Shown piece by piece: positions 57,913 through 64,000 of a stretch of DNA of 64,000 bases. How positions within the stretch are numbered: position 1 is the first letter of the stretch; every line of letters starts with the position of its first letter. The stretch covers positions 122,659 to 186,658 of the forward strand of contig JAMCQZ010000008.1 in the NCBI GenBank assembly GCA_023380305.1, written 5' to 3'. Under the pieces are notes generated by a model that worked only from the letters and a program-made list of their open reading frames with translations, did not search any database and was not told the origin of the DNA. Origin of the DNA: Patescibacteria group bacterium. Lineage in GTDB: Bacteria > Patescibacteriota > Minisyncoccia > UBA6257 > Colwellbacteraceae. The position numbers and the translations under genes were made by a program.

Positions 57913-59334
57913 ATGAAATTAACTTTTTTCGGCGGAGTCGGGGAAGTGACCGGCTCGAATTATTTATTGGAAAGCGAGCCTCTTGATCCTAAAGATCGGC
58001 CGACGCGCATTCTAATCGACTGTGGTCTGGAGCAAGCAGGCCACTATTGCGAAGATTCGAACTTCGAGCCTTTCCCGTTCGACCTCAAAGAGATTGACGC
58101 CGTCATCATCACCCATAGCCATATCGACCACATCGGCCGCGTCCCGAAGCTCGTAAGGGATGGGTTTAAGGGCTCGATCATTTCCACGCCTCCGGCCAAG
58201 GATTTTGCCGAAGAGCTGTTGCTCGATTCCGAGCATATTCTCGGGAACGAAGCCGAGGCGAAAGGCAGGGAACCTCTTTATACCGCCGTCGATGTCGAGG
58301 ATGCGCTCGGCCTTTGGAAAACCATTCGTTATCACGAAATCAAAAAAATCAAGGATTTCGAAATCGAGCTTTACGACGCCGGACATATCCTGGGTTCGAG
58401 CTTCGTCGTTGTCTCGACTACGGAGTCAAAGAAGGACAAGGACGGCCGGCCCGTAGATGGGGCGGTTAAAAAGAAAATCGTTTTTTCCGGGGATCTTGGC
58501 AATGTTCCGGCGCCGCTCGTCAAAGATACCGAGATCGTGAACCAGGCAGATTATGTGCTTGTTGAGTCGACCTACGGCGATCGCCTGCATCAGGATCTCG
58601 CAACAAGACAGGACCTTCTGGAAAACGCCATCGAAGACACGGTCAATTCCAAGGGCGCATTGATGATTCCGGCTTTTGCCATGGAGCGCACCCAGGAGCT
58701 ACTTTACGAGATCAACTCGCTCGTTTCCGAAGGCCGCATTCCCCAGGCTCCGGTTTTCATCGACAGCCCGCTTGCTATCAGGCTGACGGCCATCTATAAA
58801 AAATATTCGAATAACCCCGAGTATTTTGACGCCGAATCTCTGGCCAAGCTTCGCGGGGGGGACGCTATTTTCGATTTTCCGGGGTTGCAGACGACGCTTA
58901 CCACCGAAGAGTCGAAGATGATCAACGATGTGCCCATGCCCAAAGTGATCATTGCCGGGTCTGGCATGTCTCAGGGCGGCCGCATCATGCACCACGAGCT
59001 CCGCTATTTGCCCGATAAAAACAGCACCATGCTTTTCATCGGCTTCCAGGTTCAGGGGTCTCTGGGAAGGGCGATTTACGACGGGGAGAAAAAGGTAAGA
59101 ATTTTGGGAGAAGAGGTGGCGGTCCGCTGCCGAGTGAGATCGATCGACGGTTATTCGGCTCACGCCGACCAGGAGGGGCTGATCAAGTGGCTTTATCCGA
59201 TGAAAGACAGCCTAAAGAAAATTTTCGTTACCCACGGAGAACCGGAGATAAGCGCCGAATTCGCCGCCGCCGCTTCGGATAAACTGGCGGTTGAAACCGA
59301 GGTCCCGCAGAAAGGCGAGAGTGTGATATTATAA
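57913..59334 (+). CDS. MBL-fold beta-CASP RNA-processing nuclease
   Basis: EVTGS, THSHIDH, AGHILGS, ESTYGDR, SAHAD and THGE motifs. Confidence 0.93.
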   Translation: MKLTFFGGVGEVTGSNYLLESEPLDPKDRPTRILIDCGLEQAGHYCEDSNFEPFPFDLKEIDAVIITHSHIDHIGRVPKLVRDGFKGSIISTPPAKDFAEELLLDSEHILGNEAEAKGREPLYTAVDVEDALGLWKTIRYHEIKKIKDFEIELYDAGHILGSSFVVVSTTESKKDKDGRPVDGAVKKKIVFSGDLGNVPAPLVKDTEIVNQADYVLVESTYGDRLHQDLATRQDLLENAIEDTVNSKGALMIPAFAMERTQELLYEINSLVSEGRIPQAPVFIDSPLAIRLTAIYKKYSNNPEYFDAESLAKLRGGDAIFDFPGLQTTLTTEESKMINDVPMPKVIIAGSGMSQGGRIMHHELRYLPDKNSTMLFIGFQVQGSLGRAIYDGEKKVRILGEEVAVRCRVRSIDGYSAHADQEGLIKWLYPMKDSLKKIFVTHGEPEISAEFAAAASDKLAVETEVPQKGESVIL

Positions 59335-59355
59335 AAACAAAACAACAACGATTAC

Positions 59356-59946
59356 ATGCCTGATTCGACATTGAAATATAAGATTTGCGTTTCCGGAGCA
59401 GCCGAGACTGCTCATTGCGGAGAAGCGGCTTTCAAACAGGCCGAGGAACTCGGCCGGGAGATTATTAGACACGGCGCGGTTTTGGTCGACGGCGCGACCA
59501 CCGGGTTCCCTTTCTGGGCGGCCAAAGGAGCCAAGCTCGAAGGCGGAACCGTTGTCGGCGTTTCGCCGGCTGATTCCAAACAGGAGCACATCAAGCTCTA
59601 CAAACTGCCGGTCGATTATCACGACATCATCATGTACACCGGTCACGGATATTCCGGACGCAACCTTCTTTTGACGCGCATGGCCGACGCCGTGGTCGTC
59701 GGTTGCGGACGCATGGGGACGCTTAATGAATTCACCATCGCTTTCGAGGATAAAAAACCCATCGGGATTCTGGAAGGGGAATGGGTGACGGACGAAGTCA
59801 TCAAGACCATCATCGAAAAATCGTTTCGCGGGGACGAGATGAAGGACCGCATCGCTTACGATGCCGATCCCAAAGCCCTACTCGACAAATTGATTGCCAT
59901 CGTTTCCCGCCTTGAAGAAACAAACGGCATCGTCAAACCGCTCTAA
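59356..59946 (+). CDS. LOG/SLOG-family nucleotide-binding protein
   Basis: ICVSG, A.ELG, GATTG, VGVSP, GRN and GTLNE motifs. Confidence 0.85.
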   Translation: MPDSTLKYKICVSGAAETAHCGEAAFKQAEELGREIIRHGAVLVDGATTGFPFWAAKGAKLEGGTVVGVSPADSKQEHIKLYKLPVDYHDIIMYTGHGYSGRNLLLTRMADAVVVGCGRMGTLNEFTIAFEDKKPIGILEGEWVTDEVIKTIIEKSFRGDEMKDRIAYDADPKALLDKLIAIVSRLEETNGIVKPL

Positions 59947-59969
59947 AGGTCGGAAAATTATTTTAATAA

Positions 59970-60218
59970 ATGGAAAAATCAGTGGGCATGGTTACCCATT
60001 ATTATGGGAAACTCGGGGTGGCCATCGTCAGGCTTTCCGGCGAACTTAAACTCGGAGAAAAGATTAGGATTTTCGGAAAAACAACGGACTTTTCCGAGGA
60101 GAATACCTCGATGCAGGCCGATCATAAGGTCATCAAATCGGCGGGCAAAGGGGAAGAGGTGGGCATTAAAGTTAGCCAGGAAGTGCGCGAGGGAGATGAA
60201 GTTTTCAAAATCGTATAA
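59970..60218 (+). CDS. Small translation-factor beta-barrel-like protein
   Basis: VG.VTHYY.KLGVA..L...LK.G..I...SMQ...G..VGIKV...VREGD.V. Confidence 0.8.
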   Translation: MEKSVGMVTHYYGKLGVAIVRLSGELKLGEKIRIFGKTTDFSEENTSMQADHKVIKSAGKGEEVGIKVSQEVREGDEVFKIV

Positions 60219-61323
60219 GGAAATTGTTATCCCGGCAAGCATGCTTGCGTCCTTGATTATTGGCGCCGGCATGTTTTCTCTGCCTTACGTAACAAGCAGG
60301 TCCGGCCTCATCGTCGGCCTGGTTTATCTTGTCGTTTTTACGGGGCTCATGTCTCTGATCCATTTGTTTTACGCCGATGTCGTCGCCGATGACCGGGATA
60401 GCCGTTTTGTCGGCCAAAGCAGGCGCTATCTCGGAAAAGCCGGTTTTTTCTTCGGGGCAGTCGCCATTTTGATCGGCACTACTTTGGCTTTGACGATTTA
60501 TCTTATTCTGACCGTCGGTTTCGCTTCCCTGGTGTTTCCCCGTCTGCCGACTTTAGCCGCGGCTGTTATTTTCTGGGCCGCCGCCGGCCTCGCCATCGGT
60601 CTGGGCGTCAAGGAGATCGCCGGCGTCGACAGTTTGTTGACGATTTTTATGGTCTTCCTCGCGGCCACCGTGGCTTTCTTCGGCTTGAGATCCGGCCATA
60701 CAGCCATGGGTGGACTTGATCTCTGGCCGGTCGCTGGTGCATCGCTTTTGCTTTTGCCTCTTGGTCCGTTTCTTTTCTCTTTGAACGGCCGGGCGGCCAT
60801 TGTCTCCCTGAGGGATTATTTCGATACCAACCGTCTGGATAAGAGAAAAATGAAACAGGCGATTATTTTGGGAACGTCGATCCCGGCGTTCGTCTATCTG
60901 TTTTTCATCGTGGGCATCATTATGTTGGCGGCTGGGGCGCCGGCCAAGGATATAGTCCAGGACCTCGCTTTTCTGCCAGCCTACGCCAGGCCGGTTATCG
61001 GCGGCCTGGGGCTCATCGCCATTTTTACTTCGTATATTTTTCTCGGTCTTGAACTCAAATCCATTTTTGAAAGAGATTTCGGTTTGCGAAAGGGACTGGC
61101 TTTCGCGGCCACTATTTTCCCGGCGCTTTTTTTCTATCTTTTCGGCGAGCGCAACCTTGTCGATTTGATCGCCGCCGCCGGCGGGATATTCATCGCTATC
61201 GAGAGCATCCTCGTGATTTTGATGTGGGAGAAAACGAAATCGAAGAAGCTTTTTATCAACCGCGTCATTATCATTGTTTTCGTCCTGGGAGCGGTTTACG
61301 AGGTTTGGAAGAGGATCGGCTGA
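60196..61323 (+). CDS. Aromatic amino acid permease family transporter
   Basis: IIGAGMFSLPY, about 11 TM segments, TSY..LG; start at MKFSKSY. Confidence 0.85.
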   Translation: MKFSKSYKEIVIPASMLASLIIGAGMFSLPYVTSRSGLIVGLVYLVVFTGLMSLIHLFYADVVADDRDSRFVGQSRRYLGKAGFFFGAVAILIGTTLALTIYLILTVGFASLVFPRLPTLAAAVIFWAAAGLAIGLGVKEIAGVDSLLTIFMVFLAATVAFFGLRSGHTAMGGLDLWPVAGASLLLLPLGPFLFSLNGRAAIVSLRDYFDTNRLDKRKMKQAIILGTSIPAFVYLFFIVGIIMLAAGAPAKDIVQDLAFLPAYARPVIGGLGLIAIFTSYIFLGLELKSIFERDFGLRKGLAFAATIFPALFFYLFGERNLVDLIAAAGGIFIAIESILVILMWEKTKSKKLFINRVIIIVFVLGAVYEVWKRIG

Positions 61324-61378
61324 CGAATTGCCGAGTTTCCCGATAGGCCGTATAATCTGGGCTGTCAGACAACTGATC

Positions 61379-61453
61379 GCCTCGGTAGTTCAATGGATAG
61401 AATGCGAGCCTCCGAAGCTTGCGATGAAGGTTCGATTCCCTCCCGAGGCACCA
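61379..61453 (+). tRNA. tRNA-Arg(CCG)
   Basis: Anticodon arm CGAGC-CTCCGAA-GCTTG; encoded CCA. Confidence 0.95.
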
Positions 61454-61674
61454 AAAAATACTGCCTGTGGCAGTATTTTTGTGCCCTGGAGAAGATTGAG
61501 AACAAGGAAGGTGTCAGGGAACTCGTTCCCTGCGGAGGAAGAACTGAAACCGAGAGGTGTCAGAGAGGAGCGGACGCGAAGTCCCGAGCTTATCGAGGGA
61601 CGGAGACGGTAGCGACGATGTTCGCTTCCCTCCCGAGGCACAACACAAAGCCGCCTTGAAGGCGGCTTTGTGTT
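61454..61674 (+). repeat. tRNA-linked structured element (Arg-CCG copy)
   Basis: 16-bp identity 61436-61451 / 61626-61641; shared core; hairpins at 61454-61480 and 61642-61674. Confidence 0.85.
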
Positions 61675-61730
61675 ACCCCTGGCCTTTCGATCTCCTTTAA
61701 GCTCCTCATTTTTTTCTCTATAATTAGTCT

Positions 61731-63413
61731 ATGCTTTTCACGGAAATCGTCTTGACGATCGTGCTTGCTTCTTTGCTTGGAATTCTGATGATCCTTTTGA
61801 AACAGCCTTCGATTTTGGGTTACATTCTTGCCGGAGTGGTTATCGCTGCCGCCGGCTTCGTGAGCAACGAATCCCTTGATGTAGTTTCCGCGCTTTCGTC
61901 GATCGGCATCGCTTTTCTTCTGTTTATGGTCGGTCTGGAGATGAACCTAGAAAAAATTAGACATTTAGGGAAGGACATCGTTCTTCTCGGCATTCTCCAG
62001 ACGGTTTTTATCGTCGCCGCCGGGTTCGGAGTCAGCCGCTTGTTGGGATTCGGGGCCACGCCGGCGGTTTATCTCGCTTTCGGGTTGTCTTTTTCTTCGA
62101 CCATCATCGTCGTCAAGCTCCTTTCCGAGAAGAAGGACTTAAATAGTCTTTACGGCCGGTTGGTTGTCGGCTCCATGGTGTTTGAAGATTTCCTGGCGAT
62201 TCTCATGCTGATTTTTCTCGAGGGGGTGGGCGCTTCCTCCGGCGCTTTCGGATTTGGCGGGGATTTCATTATTACCATTTTGAAGGGCCTCGTGCTTTTC
62301 GGCGCGACCATCGTGCTTTCGAGATTCATGCCTAAGGCGCTTGATTTTTTCGGCGGCAAGAGCGAAATGCTTTTCCTTTTCAGTCTGGCCTGGGGTCTGG
62401 GTATCGCCGCCTTGATGGATTTGCCCATAATCGGATTGGGCATAGTTATCGGCGGATTCTTGGCCGGGCTTAGCCTGGCAAGTTCGGCCGAACATTACGA
62501 GATCTCCGGAAAAATCCGTTGGATCAGGGATCTTTTTATTCTTCTCTTTTTCGTAGTCTTGGGCGCCCAGATGAGCCTTGAATTAAATTGGGAAGTGCTT
62601 TTGCGGGCCAGTGTTTTTTCCGGATTTGTCCTCGTTATTTCCCCGATCATATCGATGTTTATCATGTCCTTGCTTGGCTATAAAAGCCGGACGGCCTTTT
62701 TCGCGAGCTTGAGCACCGCCCAAATTTCCGAATTCAGCCTAGTGGTGGCTATGAAGGGATTTAATCTCGGCCATCTTACTCAAAACGACGTGAGCGTTAT
62801 GATTATCGTTGCCGCCGTCACCATCGTCGGCTCGTCATATTATGTGATGCATGGGGATAGGCTTTACGCTTTTTTCAAAAGATCGCTGAAGCTCCTTGAA
62901 TTCAGAAAATCCCGCGAGGGAGGCGCTTTTATCGAGGAATATAAGGACCATATTGTTTTAATAGGCGGGCACCGGCTTGGAGAAAATATCATCAAGGCGC
63001 TCGTCGACATCGGCGAGGATTTTGTGATCATCGATTTCGATCCGCAGATCATCAAGATCTTGCGGAGCCGGGGTTTGGCCGTCATTTACGGGGATATCGC
63101 CGAGGACGACGTAAGGGAGGCGGCTGGATTTTCAAAGGCGCGACTCGTCATTTCGACGGCGCCGTCGTTTGAAGACAACGTCGTTATCCTGGAAACGGCG
63201 CGGCGGGACAATCCGCGAACCCGGGTGATTCTCCGGGCGGAAAGCGATCTGGATGCCAGAGACCTTTACGATCTCGGCGCGGATTACGTGCTTTTGCCGT
63301 ATTTTCTGGGAGGGGAATATCTGGGGAGGATGCTTGAGGACGACAAATCTTGCCGGCGGCTCGCGGCCGTCAAAAAAAGGGACCTCGAACTTTTGAAAGA
63401 TCGTTGCCCATAA
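61731..63413 (+). CDS. Kef-type CPA2 cation/proton antiporter with TrkA-N domain
   Basis: LLFMVGLE, SSTIIVVKLL, QISEFS, GGHRLG and YGD motifs. Confidence 0.92.
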   Translation: MLFTEIVLTIVLASLLGILMILLKQPSILGYILAGVVIAAAGFVSNESLDVVSALSSIGIAFLLFMVGLEMNLEKIRHLGKDIVLLGILQTVFIVAAGFGVSRLLGFGATPAVYLAFGLSFSSTIIVVKLLSEKKDLNSLYGRLVVGSMVFEDFLAILMLIFLEGVGASSGAFGFGGDFIITILKGLVLFGATIVLSRFMPKALDFFGGKSEMLFLFSLAWGLGIAALMDLPIIGLGIVIGGFLAGLSLASSAEHYEISGKIRWIRDLFILLFFVVLGAQMSLELNWEVLLRASVFSGFVLVISPIISMFIMSLLGYKSRTAFFASLSTAQISEFSLVVAMKGFNLGHLTQNDVSVMIIVAAVTIVGSSYYVMHGDRLYAFFKRSLKLLEFRKSREGGAFIEEYKDHIVLIGGHRLGENIIKALVDIGEDFVIIDFDPQIIKILRSRGLAVIYGDIAEDDVREAAGFSKARLVISTAPSFEDNVVILETARRDNPRTRVILRAESDLDARDLYDLGADYVLLPYFLGGEYLGRMLEDDKSCRRLAAVKKRDLELLKDRCP

Positions 63414-64000
63414 ATGAAATTCATCGCCGATTTTCACATTCATTCTGCTTTTTCCCGGGCGGTTTCCCGGGATATGACCTTCGATAACCTCGGGGCTTGG
63501 GGCAAAAAGAAGGGCCTGAAAGTCATTGGTACCGGAGATTTCACCCATCCGCGATGGCTTGCCGATATAGAAAGCCTTTTGGAACCGGCCGAGCCCGGAC
63601 TTTACAAATTGAGATCTGGAGATCAAGGGACGCGGTTTCTGCTGACGGCCGAAATCTCGAGTATTTATTCCCGAGCCGGAGCGACGCGGAGGGTCCACAA
63701 TTTGGTTTTTGCCCCGGATGTGGCGACCGTAAAAAAAATCAACGAGGCGCTTTTAAAACGGGGAGCGAATCTCCTTTCAGACGGCCGGCCGATCATCGGC
63801 CTCGATTCCGAGGAACTGGTGAAAATAATCCTGGAAGCCGATTCCGGGGCGGCCGTCGTGCCGGCGCACGCCTGGACGCCGTGGTTTTCGGTCTTCGGAT
63901 CGATGTCCGGCTTTGACTCTCTCGAGGAATGTTACGGAGAACAGACAAAAAATATTTTCGCCATCGAGACCGGTCTCTCGAGCGATCCCTCGATGAACTG
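63414..64000 (+). CDS. PHP-family endonuclease Q-like protein (runs off window end)
   Basis: Not in ORF track: MKFIADFHIHS.FSRA, KKGL..IGTGDFTHP, DGRP, PAHAWTPWF, IETGLSSDP.MN. Confidence 0.9.
   Translation, partial: MKFIADFHIHSAFSRAVSRDMTFDNLGAWGKKKGLKVIGTGDFTHPRWLADIESLLEPAEPGLYKLRSGDQGTRFLLTAEISSIYSRAGATRRVHNLVFAPDVATVKKINEALLKRGANLLSDGRPIIGLDSEELVKIILEADSGAAVVPAHAWTPWFSVFGSMSGFDSLEECYGEQTKNIFAIETGLSSDPSMN

Noticed and set aside
1-64000. Alternative genetic code (TGA read as Gly or Trp)
   Set aside because: Conserved genes such as gyrA, dnaA, ruvB and mutM end at TGA at expected lengths.

Overview
Origin-proximal chromosomal segment of what looks like a Patescibacteria/CPR (Parcubacteria-like) bacterium using genetic code 11. 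This assignment is inferred from gene content: VirB4/PrgI/VirB6-like cluster with VirB2-like pilins, stand-alone 5'-3' exonuclease, and core genes without Shine-Dalgarno sites. The window holds dnaA-dnaN with DnaA boxes, rpmH-rnpA-yidC-jag, a parS array, gyrA, pnp, nusA, ftsH, ruvABC, 11 intact tRNA genes and a 6S-like RNA. The most striking unexplained signal is a family of ~100-200 nt structured elements directly downstream of four different tRNA genes (Phe, Arg-TCT, Gly, Arg-CCG). Each is built as: tRNA, terminator-like hairpin, degenerate inverted copy of that tRNA's 3' end, a shared covarying hairpin core, then a direct copy of that tRNA's 3' end. Related tRNA 3'-end duplications occur at Pro, Val and Trp. 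At Trp, an intact tRNA-Trp sits inside a split older tRNA-Trp, and a 35-bp direct repeat brackets an AT-rich methyltransferase gene. Other points: tRNA-Ile(UAU), C55 T-loops in three tRNAs, an unlisted highly acidic microprotein, and a contrast between apparently leaderless core genes and SD-led orphan genes. All calls come from reading the sequence; no database searches were run.
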